Source of the DNA: Azolla caroliniana
Lineage: Eukaryota; Plantae; Polypodiophyta
Reading direction: 5' to 3'
Assembly (NCBI GenBank): GCA_043228905.1
Contig: JBHGNT010000015.1
Span: 18,352,001-18,416,000, forward strand
Length of the DNA stretch: 64,000 nt
Positions 39,329 to 51,321 of this stretch are shown here, one piece after another. Under the pieces are notes generated by a model. That model saw only the letters and a program-made list of their open reading frames with translations, did no database searches and was not told the origin of the DNA. Positions within the stretch are counted from its first letter, which is position 1. Every line of letters begins with the position of its first letter. A program made the translations under genes and the position numbers.

Positions 39329-40122
39329 CCACCAAATCGAGGCGGCATTGGAGGTTCCTTCCACCAAATCGAGGCGGCATATCCAACGCTCCCTCCACCA
39401 TTGGAGGTTCCTTCCACCAAATCGAGGCTGCATATCCACGCTCCCTCCACCATTGGAGGTTCCTTCCACCAAATCGAGGCGGCATATCCAACGCTCCCTC
39501 CACCATTGGAGGTTCCTTCCATCCTTTTTTTTATTTTCAGTACTAAAATGTTTCATTTCTTCATATTTCAGTACTAAATTTTTAGAATTGACATTTGCCA
39601 TATTTGATATGTAATTCTAATGTTTGAAACAAAATATTTCTCACTTTTTGGCCACATTTAAAAACATTTGATTGTGTTTTCTTGGTTGAGTCTATATATC
39701 CACGCTCCCTCCACCATTGGAGGTTCCTTCCATCCATTTTTTTCATTTTCAGTACTAAAATGTTTCATTTCTTCATATTTCAGTACTAAATTTTTAGAAT
39801 TGACATTTGCCATATTTGATATGTAATTCTAATGTTTGAAACAAAATATTTCTCACTTTGCAGGCCACATTTAAAAACATTTGATTGTGTTTTCTTGGTT
39901 GAGTCTATATATCCACGCTCCCTCCACCATTGGAGGTTCCTTCCATCCATTTTTTTCATTTTCAGTACTAAAATGTTTCATTTCTTCATATTTCAGTACT
40001 AAATTTTTAGAATTGACATTTGCCATATTTGATATGTAATTCTAATGTTTGAAACAAAATATTTCTCACTTTGCAGGCCACATTTAAAAACATTTGATTG
40101 TGTTTTCTTGGTTGAGTCTATA
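39329..40122. repeat. Subterminal tandem arrays: ~53-bp units followed by three ~213-bp units
   Basis: ccaccaaatcgagg...ccattggaggttcctt at 39361, 39414 and 39466 (partial at 39329). The anchor tactaaaatg at 39541, 39753 and 39966 marks three near-identical ~213-bp units, each with two cagtactaa motifs. Confidence 0.92.
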
Positions 40123-40178
40123 TAACATTAACTACTTTCGCAAGACACTTAATTTTTGTGGATAAATCTAGTGACCGA

Positions 40179-43100
40179 ATGGGGGTTCCTAACGAGAGTG
40201 AGTTGTCAAGTAACTCATGCATATCTGAAAGGACTAAGAGACGAGTGGTTCTTCACATAGTTCGTTATTTGGTAGAAATAACGAAGAGATTTAGTGAAGA
40301 GGATCGTAGGGATATTATTTGTAGAGTGTTACACCATCAAAGTTTGAATGAAGACATGGAGAGAATAAAATTTAGGGACCAATGTGTTTCAGAAGAGATT
40401 GTGGAGTCTATGAAGTCATCCCTAGACTTAGTGAAAGGTGTAGAGAGCTTAGACAAACTTGCTACAAAGAGGGCAGCCCTACACATGGTTGTGAATGGTG
40501 TGAGAGAAAAAAAATATAGTGATACTAAAGTTGCCTTAGCCCTGGGTATTCAAAGAAGGAACTTGAGGAAACATCGCCGAAATATACACTCAAGCAAATT
40601 CAAGTGGCTGGGGTCGGGACGTAGACGACGATGTGATGCCTTATCTCAAGAGATTATTGAGAAAGTGGATTCATTTTGGGCCAAAAATACGCGTGTCTCA
40701 CCAAATAAGAAGGACGTGTGTAGACAACGAATAAGTCAGGGTATGTACCAGATTCACCCTAGACACTTCTTGGAGATGACAGAGGTATTCCATTTTTTTA
40801 TATCAATTCACATTCCATAACTTTCTGTTTTGACCAAGTGTATATTAATGTTTGCTATATATATTGGTTGATGTAGGCTGAATTGTACATGAACTTTAAA
40901 GACCAACATCCAAGCTTGACTGTCGGATTCCGCAAGTTCCAAGGTTTGAAACCATTTTATGTTAGAAAATTAAATGAGAGGAATACATGTTGTTGTGTGT
41001 ACCATGTGAAGATGGACATGTTAAGGGTTTCTGTGAATGCAATGCGTACTGATTCTAAGGGTATACATGGGGAATTATGTGTCTGCACTTGTGAGATTTG
41101 TAGACCAAATGGGGAGGATAATAGGTGTAATGCACGAAACATGACTTATGCATCCGTTTCTGAGCTATGGAGGTCTTGTGTTTGTGAAAAAGAACCATCG
41201 TGTGAGTGGCATCGTCGTACATGTCTATTAAGAACATGTAAGGTTTGTCCGCTACCATTATTTTGTAGGCAGGAGCTTGATATGGGAAATAGTCATATCG
41301 TGAAATGGAAATATTTGGAGTATGTGACTGAAAATATTGGCAAGGGAGTTGTAACTAAGCGTATCAAGGAAGTATATAAGGAGACATGTGCTGCTACCCT
41401 TGTCTCAGAATTTAAGAAACAACTTGGGGAGTTTATTCCACATAACTTCCGGAGTTATTGGCAAAATTCACAGTTCAAGGAATGTATTAATAACTTACCA
41501 ACGGGTGTCATTGTATCCGTTATTGATTTTGCAGAAAACTATACATTTAAAGTTCAAAATGAGGTTCAATCAATGCATTGGTACAATGATCAATGTACAA
41601 TACTTGTACATATTTGCTATTGGAGGCAAGACGGTGAGTTACATAAGAAATCAATATTTTACATTTCAGATGATAAAAAGCATGATACACTATTTGTTCA
41701 ACATTGTTTTAAGCTTCACCATGCAGATTTATTTTCTCTAGGGTTAACCTTTAACCGTCATTGGGTTTGGTCTGATGGTGCTGCCTCGCAGTTTAAGGCG
41801 GCACGATCGTTCTACTTTATCGCCAGGTAATTTTTAATCCATATGTTTAATACTTATCATGCAATGTGTAAGGAAGTAAATCTTGTGTTAGTGGATGCAT
41901 ACTAATTATGTTTGTAACTATTAACAAACAGTACTAGTCACATCGATGCATACTAATTATGTTTCTAACTATTCGAATCTTGCACTTGTGAATGGATGCA
42001 TGCATACTAATTTTGTTTGTATTATGTTGTACTAAGTAACTTTTAATCCATGTGAAGTGTTCTCCATAGACACATTGTACTATGTTGTGTGTTGGTTCTG
42101 TACTATGTTGTGTTTACAAAAGGATGTAAAGTACTCATCTTGTACTTATAGTATTGTCCGTCCTTAAGAGAATTGTACTAATTATGTTTTAATCCATGTG
42201 AAGGGTTCTCCATAGACACATTGTACTTTGTTGTGTGTCCTATCTGTACTATGTTGTGTTTACAGGAGGATGTAAAGTACTCATCTTGTACTCATAGTAT
42301 TGTCCGTCCTTAAGAGAATTGTACTAATTATGTTTTAATCCATGTGAAGGGTTCTCCATAGACACATTGTACTTTGTTGTGTGTCCTATCTGTACTATGT
42401 TGTGTTTACAGGAGGATGTAAAGTACTCATCTTGTACTCATAGTATTGTCCGTCCTTAAGAGAATTGTACTAAGTATCGATTAATCCGTGTGAAGGGTTC
42501 TCCATAGACACATTGTACTATGTTGTGTGTTGGTTTTGTACTATGTTGTGTTTACAAAAGGATGTAAAGTACTCATCTTGTACTTATAGTATTGTCCGTC
42601 CTTAAGAGAATTGTACTAATTATGTTTTAATCCATGTGAAGGGTTCTCCATAGACACATTGTACTTTGTTGTGTGTCCTATCTGTACTATGTTGTGTTTA
42701 CAGGAGGATGTAAAGTACTCATCTTGTACTCATAGTATTGTCCGTCCTTAAGAGAATTGTACTAATTATGTTTTAATCCATGTGAAGGGTTCTCCATAGA
42801 CACATTGTACTTTGTTGTGTGTCCTATCTGTACTATGTTGTGTTTACAGGAGGATGTAAAGTACTCATCTTGTACTCATAGTATTGTCCGTCCTTAAGAG
42901 AATTGTACTAAGTATCGATTAATCCATGTGAAGGGTTCTCCATAGACACATTGTACTATGTTGTGTGTTGGTTTTGTACTATGTTGTGTTTACAAAAGGA
43001 TGTAAAGTACTCATCTTGTACTTATAGTATTGTCCGTCCTTAAGAGAATTGTACTAATTATGTTTTAATCCATGTGAAGGGTTCTCCATAGACACATTGT

Positions 43101-44149
43101 ACTATGTTGTGTGTTGTATCTGTACTATGTTGTGTTTACAGGAGGATATAAAGTACTCATCTTGTACTCATAGTATTGTCCGTCCTTAAGAGAATTGTAC
43201 TAAATCAGTATTTACTCATGTTGTACTCATAGTATTGTACTCATCTTGTACTCACCAAAGCAGGTATTTCTCCTTATTCAATATTCGTATGCAATGGAAT
43301 TACTTCGGGTCTGGACATGGAAAAGGAGAGCATGATGGCGCGGGGACTGTGATCAAACGTGCCCTTACAAGTGAGCAGTTGGATAATAATGGCGCTAAGT
43401 TACAAAATGCACATGATGTTGTGCAGTGGCTAACATGGAAGATGTCAAATGATGGTAAGAACAGATTGTTTGTTGAAGTTCGCGCTGATGAGGTCGATAG
43501 AACTAAATCATATGGTTGTAAAACCGTGAAAGGGACACGCAGCACCCATTGTGTGTTAGGGTTTAGCCGCAAGGACACAACCCAATTGTTACTCCGTAGT
43601 TTATCATGCTTTTGTTCCATGTGTCTAGATGAAGCTTGGGATAAATGCATCAACCTATCAATCGTGGAGCCCTGGAAGCTGCAGAAGCTTGAGCCTGAAC
43701 TACAAGATGATATTGAAGAGGATGTGCATTCAAACGATATTGTATACTACAACCAAAATCAAGACTTGGCAGTTTTATTGGAAGTTGGAGATCATTTTGC
43801 AGTGCTCAAATATTCTCAGAATGAAGATTTAGAAGACTACTACATTGTGGTGTGCAAGCAAGGAAAGACATTATTGAAAGAAGTGGTGAGGGATGGTTGG
43901 GGCAACAATTTCAACGTTGGTGAGTCTGTCGTGTATGGAAACTATTATGCAAAGTTGCCGCAGTGCAAGAACACATATGCATTACTAAAAGAAGCACCCA
44001 TCGCAATAATCTACGCTGATGCCATTCTTGCGATCAAATTCAATATGACTCAAGCAAAGCACAAGGTTAAGGGATACAACACTGTCTACAAGGTCCCCCA
44101 AGAGGTTCATGAGCACATATTAGGGGAGGTCTCTCTATTTAATGCTTGA
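40179..44149 (+). CDS. Sola2-like DDD transposase, 3 exons, 813 aa, apparently intact
   Basis: Exons 40179-40784, 40877-41826 and 43264-44149 (phase-0 and phase-2 GT-AG introns; 2442 nt, no internal stop). Motifs: LYxxFKxxHP..GFRKFxxLKP, CCCVYH plus Cys cluster, VIDFAENY, SDDKKHD, WSDGAASQFK, WNYFGSGHGKGEHDGAG, SCFCSMC. Confidence 0.9.
42045..43203. repeat. 146-bp tandem array (8 units, 3-unit higher-order repeat) in transposase intron 2
   Basis: The anchor aatcc(a/g)tgtgaag occurs at 42045, 42191, 42337, 42483, 42629, 42775, 42921 and 43067 (exact period 146). Diagnostic variants recur every third unit. Confidence 0.96.
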
Positions 44150-44294
44150 AAGTCACCCTATCAATACATTGTACTAGAAAACTGAAAAACATCCACTTGG
44201 AGTTCACTATTAATTTTGATGATTGACAAATGAATTGATATATTTCGTCTTTCTTCCAAAGGGTTTATGCCTCTCAACCACTTGTACTTATCTT

Positions 44295-45200
44295 TCATAA
44301 TATATTAGTTGTTATCAACAGGACTTGGATTTCTTCATTGCCGATATTGCTCATGTTTCCTGATGTTATTTGAGCATAGGAGTTTTGCAGAGTTGGTGTG
44401 TCCTCTGTTGGCACATAAATCTGCTCTTCTTTTGCTACGAAGAGAAGATTGTTAGTTGAATTCATTAAAGACTTTAATATTGTAAGATTTTCTACTGTAA
44501 GTTCATTTTTCAAAGGGGGCGATGAATTCTGTGAAGACAACAATGAAAATTATTCTCTCAGAATCCTTTTTTGTTTCATGATATGTCCTGTGAAGCCATC
44601 TGAGTTTTTACTTCTTGTATATAAGTCCTGAATATCCAGGCTATGGATTTTAAAGTACAAACCTTCCTTTCCTTAACAAAATAATCCAACTTCTGAAACA
44701 ATAATTTGTGATAGCTCAAAAAGGTATGTGTTTCCTTACTACTGTTAGTGGATGATTCATCCTTTGGGATGATATCATCAAAATATGGCCCACATTGCTT
44801 CAACAATTTGCACACATTCTGGTTACCGTCCAAATGGGATTGATGAAACAGTCTATACTTCAGGATATCTTCAATAACACCCGATACTCGATATTTTCTG
44901 TTTCTCATCATCAACACCTAAAAACCTAAATTTTCCTAGCAAGCTAAGAAGACTTTCAAGCATTTTATCTACAATAGACTGAAAGACTTTGCGAGGATTA
45001 GGAGATGATCTCAAAAAAGAAACAAAACGTTGTAAAATAAGAATACTTAGATCAAAAAGTATATTCCCATTGTTTTTGATATATGTTGATGAGCAAAATA
45101 TAGAAGCAATCCTTAAACATGAACTTGATTTCACACTGGTATAACTATTTCAGATTCATGAACTGGATTTTTTACATTGGCAATTGAAATAGTATTTTGG
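44295..45200 (-). pseudogene. Captured, frameshifted fragment of a host URB2/Npa2-like (pre-rRNA processing) gene
   Basis: Three consecutive minus-strand ORFs give LSILILQRFVSFLRSSPNPRKVFQSIVDKMLESLLSLLG, VIEDILKYRLFHQSHLDG, SYHKLLFQKL and LMNSTNNLLFVAKEEQIYVPTEDT. These parallel, in order, segments I recall from plant Urb2 proteins (IEDILS..LFH..HIDG, SYHRHFF, SANSLL...E.MYVKTED). From memory, not a search. Confidence 0.65.
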
Positions 45201-45263
45201 TATCCAAATAGTTCAATTTCAGACATCACTAACAACTAAAGTTCAAGTACAATCGAAAGACAA

Positions 45264-48200
45264 TCAGGCACTAGAGGGTAACTTGGCCGATCTTGTAATG
45301 CGCTTGTTGTTGGTGCCAGATTTTTCTGATTTTACATTCTTCTTTATCTTAAAGCCTTTAGGTATGAGCTGACTAAGTGGCACTTCATCATCAGAGGCAT
45401 CAGAGACAGGCGTGGATGCGCGGGCACCTTGTACTGGTGGCAAGCTTGAGAGAGCAACTATGTTTTCTGCAACTGCAATGCTTGTACACAAATCCACAAA
45501 GGTGTTGTCGATAGACAAATTATCACTCATCTCCTGAATGCTTGTACTCCTAGCGATCTTTATTGCCCTATCATCATCACCGATGCCTATACACTCGTTC
45601 TTATTAGACTCCTGTATGTGGACCGTGGCAGTAGTCATGGTCAACTCCTCTTGTACGATGGATGTCACCTCATTCTTAAGACAACGTTGTTCGCTCTGAG
45701 TACAATCAGGCCCACCTTCATTAGTAACGTTGTTCACTCTACACTCCTCATGGGATTCTGTACAATCAGGCTTATCTTCAGGGAAAGCGATGTTCTTTCC
45801 ACGATCCTCATGGGCTTCACAAGACACTACTAGCACATTCTCAGTACAATCAAGCTCCTCTTCATTGCTAGCAATGTTCTTTCCATGATCCTCATGGGAA
45901 TCTTTAGATAGTACTAGCACATTATCAGTACAATCAGTCTTCTCTTCAGCACTTGCCACATTATCAGTACAATCAGTCTTCTCTTCAGTACTTGCCATAT
46001 TCTTTCCACACTCTTCATGGGCTTCAATCTTCTCTTCAGTACTTGCCATATTCTTTCCACACTCATAGGCTTCTTTAGACATAGTGTTGTTTGTACATGC
46101 CAGCTGCTCTTCACATATGAATGCTTCGTTTTTCTCACAATCCTCATGTGTGGAAGATGTGCTTCTAGAGTCTGCCTCCTTGCAAAGGTTAATTTGATTC
46201 TGACTCTGATGGGAATCTGATTCTGCACTTGTGCTCCATGAAGTTCCCGATTCATTTGATTGCAGTTGGGAATCAGACTGCTCTTGTAAACCTAATTAGT
46301 GGGATTCCAAAGAATATTGGTATGAACTCACATACTCAAAAGTTTGCAAACAATGAACATAGGGTTTAGGGCCACATTTTTACCTAATGTTACATCGTCA
46401 TACTGTACAGCCGTAGATACCCCATTGCAAGTGGTGGGCTCGGTCATCTTCTCCACAACATCTAGGTGCTCAACAGTGTTGTTATGATCTATAATAACAA
46501 CAAGAATAGGGTTGTTATGAGCTAAATCATTGTTTTCAAAGTCTGGCTTTTGACGTGTACCTGGGAGTGTGATAAATTCGTCTTCATGATCAGGTTTTGG
46601 ACTCGTATCTCCGTCACCAAATATCATTTCATCATCAGCTAGTAACACAAGTACATGGTATTAGACAATGGATTAGGTTGACAATGCTCCAGACAGGTGA
46701 GAACTTATATGACTCACCATTGCATTCAACTTTGCCTTTCTTGCCGTTTCCATACAACATTCTTGCAGCATTTCTCTTCTTACTGGGCTCTATTTGTAAA
46801 GAAACTGCATTTCTCTTCTTAGTGGGCTCTATTTCTTGATGTTGACCGGAGCTTGGGGAATTTGTTTGTAGAAGCATATGTTCCACTGCTCCAATGGCCC
46901 TTCTCATACATTCATCCTCATCATAAAAATCATAGGTTATTGGTAATGATGGTCCCTGAACCTTGGAATGTGCAGCAGATATTGAGGGTTTAGGCACAGG
47001 GGCTGGTTGTTCCATTACCTTCCCTGGCGTGGAGTTGCTTGACACTACAACATTCATTGCAAGAAACAAAAAAACCTTGAATGTTAGTACCATCATCTAA
47101 AATATATAATGTAGGTCACAAGAGCTGCTTCCCATTTTACACAATGTACCAGTCATGAACAATGTACTACTCACATAGTTCCTAAATTATTGAACTAGTA
47201 CTAATAAGGAACACTGTACTGCTCACTTAGTTCCCAATTTACACGATTAGTACTAATCATGCACAACATACACAAGTAGTACTAATCAGGCACAATATAC
47301 TACTCACTTAGTTACCAAATTACACAAGTACTAATCCCGAAAAATGTACCACTGACTAAGTCAAATTAATAAGTAGTACTAATCTTGAACAATGTACTAC
47401 TCACTTATTTCCTAAATCACTGAACTAGTACTAATCCCGAACAACGTAATGCTCACTTAGTTCCCAATTTACACAAGTAGTACTAATCATGCACAATATA
47501 CTACTCACTTAGTTAGCAAATTACACAAGGAGTACTAATGCCGAACAACGTAATGCTCACTTAGTTCCCAATTTACACAAGTAGTACTAATCATGCACAA
47601 TATACTACTCACTTAGTTAGCAAATTACACAAGGAGTACTAATCCCGAACAATGTACTGCTCACTTAGTTCCCAATTTACACAAGTAGTACTAATCATGC
47701 ACAATATACTACTCACTTAGTTACCAAATTACACAAGGAGTACTAATCCCGAACAATGTACTGCTCACTTAGTTCCCAATTTACACAAGTAGTACTAATC
47801 ATGCACAATATACTACTCACTTAGTTAGCAAATTACACAAGGAGTACTAATCCCGAACATTGTACCACTGACTTAGTCAAATTACACAATTAGTACTAAT
47901 CCTGAACAATGTACTACTCAACAATGTACCACTGACTTAGTCAAATTACACAATTAGTACTAATCCTACAAAATGTACTACTCACTTATTTTCTAGATTA
48001 CTGATCTAGTACTAATAAGGTACAAAACTAGTACTAATAAGGAACAAAGTACTACTCAGTTCCCAAATTACAAAACTAGTATTAATCATGAGCAATGTAC
48101 TAGTAACTTAGTTCACAAAGTACAGAACTAGTACTATTCATGAAGCATGTAGTACTTACTAAGTACTAATCCAACAAATGTAGATTGGTATTTTGCACAC

Positions 48201-50065
48201 AAGTAATACTAAACATGATATGTCTTCTACACACCTAGTTACATAACTTGTACTAATTACACCAACAGTATTAATCTTGAACAGTATTAGTACTAAACGT
48301 GATATGTGTTTGACACACCTCATTTCCAAATTACAATAATTGTACTATTATTCAACAATTTACTATACACCTTGTTCCCAAATTACATTACTAGTACTAA
48401 TTCCCAAGTTACACAAACAATCTTAACAGTCAACAGTGTACTATAAGTATAGTGTTTACTAAACTAATACTAGGCAAGTTGCAATATAGATTGGACGATG
48501 TTGTACCTGGTTCCCTTTTAGTACTACTAATTGTGGAAAATATCCCTTCAACTACACATACCAATTATATATTAAGAGTACTGCCAATACTAACCCACAT
48601 AATTAGGGTTCCACATAATAGTTGTTAGAGATTACACTAAATTTGAAGTATGAATTGTGGCATACACTAGTTCTAGTCCAAATGTTAATTGACATCATAT
48701 AATACAAACAATAGAATAGTAGAGCCACATACCGTACGGGTGTACTTTTAAACCCCAAGCATAGTACCACTCAGCCGCAATTGTAGTTTTACAGTCCATA
48801 CATGTATTCTCTTTCTCAAAATGATACTTAGCACATAACACATGATATGTGTGCAAGCATGGTGTAATCACAACATCCATAGCCTCCAGCTTGAATCCAA
48901 GGCCACAAAATATACACCTGGAAGATTGCAAACACAAGTTATAATATATTAGTTGCTCACTTATTTATACCAAAGAAGTAGAAATAAATAACTTTTAAAG
49001 CCAATACCGTGATATAGCTATACTAATAATGGTACTTTCTATACCACTTGGGTGCTCAATTACAGATGGACACAAAGTATCAAAACCATTTTGTTTTAAA
49101 TCCTGCATCAAGCATGCAAGGTTCTCAGAATGCAACTTTAAGGCTGACAACTTATTATCTATTTCTTCATGTGCATTCCTGCAAGTATCAAGGTCTCTCA
49201 TCTGTGAACCTAATTGAGTGCCCATATTGTTTAGCTCTTTCTTCAACTCCTCTTTCAAGACCTCACTTTCTGAATTTTGGATTGTCGATGCAATCCATTC
49301 ATATGTAGTTTTTATTGAAGAAAATTTCTTTTCTGCCTGTATCTCAGCTGATTTAACTGCTTCCAAATCAGCAAGTAGTGTTTGTATTCTTGAGCTCATA
49401 GAAGCTATGCAACCGGCCATCATCTGTTCATGCTTTTCAGTCATTGTGGCCCGTACCTTTGCCTCTAGAACTTGGTGGATAGGTGTTATAGCTAGAATAT
49501 CCACATGAGAGGTTCCAGATGACTTCAAGCCAGTGTTGGTACTGGAGGACCCTTTGTAATGTTCTGACCGGTGCCGATTAAAATCTTCCCAATTTACGTC
49601 AATGCCACCTTGAACTTCACATGCAAAAGCACGTGCAAAAACAGTACCCACCTCATTGTTAGTGATTTGATTTGTATCATAAACATGTTCGTATCTCGTC
49701 TTCAATAAATTCATGTATTCCCTCTTCAAACCACTTATGTGGAATCCTCGCCTTGTGTCGGGATGTGCTGACCCCCAGGTTTTCAACAACCACTCTCTCA
49801 GCTCTGGATACACGTCAGGTCGTGCTCGAAGGAAATAATTCCATCCAAGAGGTGTGTCTCGACTGATGGAGTGGTACATCTTCTTTCTCTGTGTTGATGA
49901 ATTCATCACCCTTTCTCTTGTGGGTGTCTTCTTGCTTTCTTTCATGGGTGTCCTTCTTCCTTCCTTCACTGGTGTCTTCACTTTCTCTTTCATCAATGTC
50001 TTCTTTATGGGTGTCCTTCTCGTCATTGTCCTAGTCAACACAATTCTCAGGGAATGAATATGCAT
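45264..50065 (-). CDS. Transposon accessory gene: ~950-aa protein with basic TPxK repeats, coiled coil, RING-H2 finger and acidic repeat tail
   Basis: Exons 50065-49008, 48917-48733, 47044-46718, 46638-46384 and 46291-45264 are all GT-AG with matching phases (2,1,1,1), totalling 2853 nt with an open frame. RING-H2 C-x2-C-x15-C-x-H-x2-H-x2-C-x10-C-x2-C lies in exon 2. Confidence 0.8.
47150..48450. repeat. 52-bp monomer / 104-bp dimer tandem array in intron 2 of the accessory gene
   Basis: gctcacttagttcccaatt at 47451, 47555, 47659 and 47763 (period 104). Each 52-bp monomer has agtactaat and ctcacttagtt; degenerate copies flank the core. Confidence 0.93.
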
Positions 50066-50174
50066 GTACTAGAAGAAAACTCAAGCAATTACCATCAACA
50101 CATAGCAAATCATCTCATTGCATGTACAAACCATGTCAAACACACAATAACCCTAAATAGTCGGAAAAAAACTC

Positions 50175-50930
50175 CATTGTAAATCATCATAGCCAACTCC
50201 ATCATTGTAAATCATCATAGCCAACTCCATCATTGTAAATCATCATAGCCAACTCCATCATTGTAAATCATTGTAAATCATCGCATCGCATGTACAAGCC
50301 AACTCCATCACATCGTAAAACACACAAGCCAACTCCATCACAAGCCAACGAAAACATTGTAAATCATCATAGCCAACTCCATCACATCCCACGTACAAGC
50401 CATGTCAAACACACAAAAACCCAAAATAGTCGGAAAAACACTCATCCATGTCAAACTCACACAAAATAAAACAGATGGACAAGAAACAAGAACAAAACGA
50501 AAACATAGCAACTCATCATAGCCAACTCCATTTACGTTGCATGTACAAACATGTCTAACACACAACCACCTCGATCAAAATATTTTCATACATTTTTAAA
50601 AGGAACACAGAGAAACACAGAGAAAACAAAAACACAGAGAATACCTGGAGGTTGTACAACTTGCAGAGGTACCAGACCGTGTTGATTTCGACAAACGAGG
50701 CTGCTGCAGAGGAGACAAACGAGCATAGACAGAGGAAACAAACGAGCATACAGACAGACAGGAAACATTCAGAAAAAGAAAACATTGAGTATTGGGCATG
50801 CAACACAGAGAATACCTGGAGGTTGTACAACTTGCAGAGGTACCAGACCGTGTTGATTTCGACAAACGAGGCTGCTGCAGAGGAGACAAACGAGCATAGA
50901 CAGAGGAAACAAACGAGCATACACAAGGAA
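50175..50930. repeat. 28-bp tandem repeat and a ~120-bp direct duplication upstream of the accessory gene
   Basis: cattgtaaatcatcatagccaactccat at 50175, 50203 and 50231 (partial at 50259); aacacagagaatacctggagg... at 50631 and 50802. Confidence 0.88.
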
Positions 50931-51213
50931 GGAAAATCAACAACACATACAACGAGCAGGGGAAACAAAAATCTCTGCGTTCAGAGATCGAACCTGGCAC
51001 AGAGGGGAACACAAGAACAGCTACGCGGGGAAACAGAGCATCGAAGGTGGAGTGAGAGAGAGAAACAGAAAGAAAGAAAGAAACAGAGCTTTGAAAGAAA
51101 AAAACAGAAAGAATCGAAGGTGGAGTGAAAGAAAGAAACAGAGAGATAGACCTGTAATATATATGTCGTCTTTCTTTAACTTTCTGCCACTGTCTGTCTG
51201 ACAACTTCGAGAC

Positions 51214-51216
<3 letters not shown>

Positions 51217-51273
<57 letters not shown>

Positions 51274-51321
51274 CCAATTGACACGTTCGACTACCCATAC
51301 CAGAGAGAGAGAGAGAGAGAG
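51217..51321. repeat. (GA)n tracts in the right subterminal region (probable 5' UTR/promoter of the accessory gene)
   Basis: (GA)~26 and (GA)~10 runs; two ttcgagtgtgacgta copies nearby at ~51435-51480. Confidence 0.85.

Noticed and set aside
38994-39614. Several 87-170-aa repetitive ORFs in the left subterminal region
   Set aside because: They arise from the stop-poor 53-bp tandem array in several frames and on both strands, with no domain signal.
42045-43203. CRISPR-like or guide-RNA array interpretation of the 146-bp (and 52-bp) repeats
   Set aside because: Units are near-identical along their whole length with no unique spacers, the context is eukaryotic introns, and no Cas/TnpB/Fanzor-like ORF is nearby.
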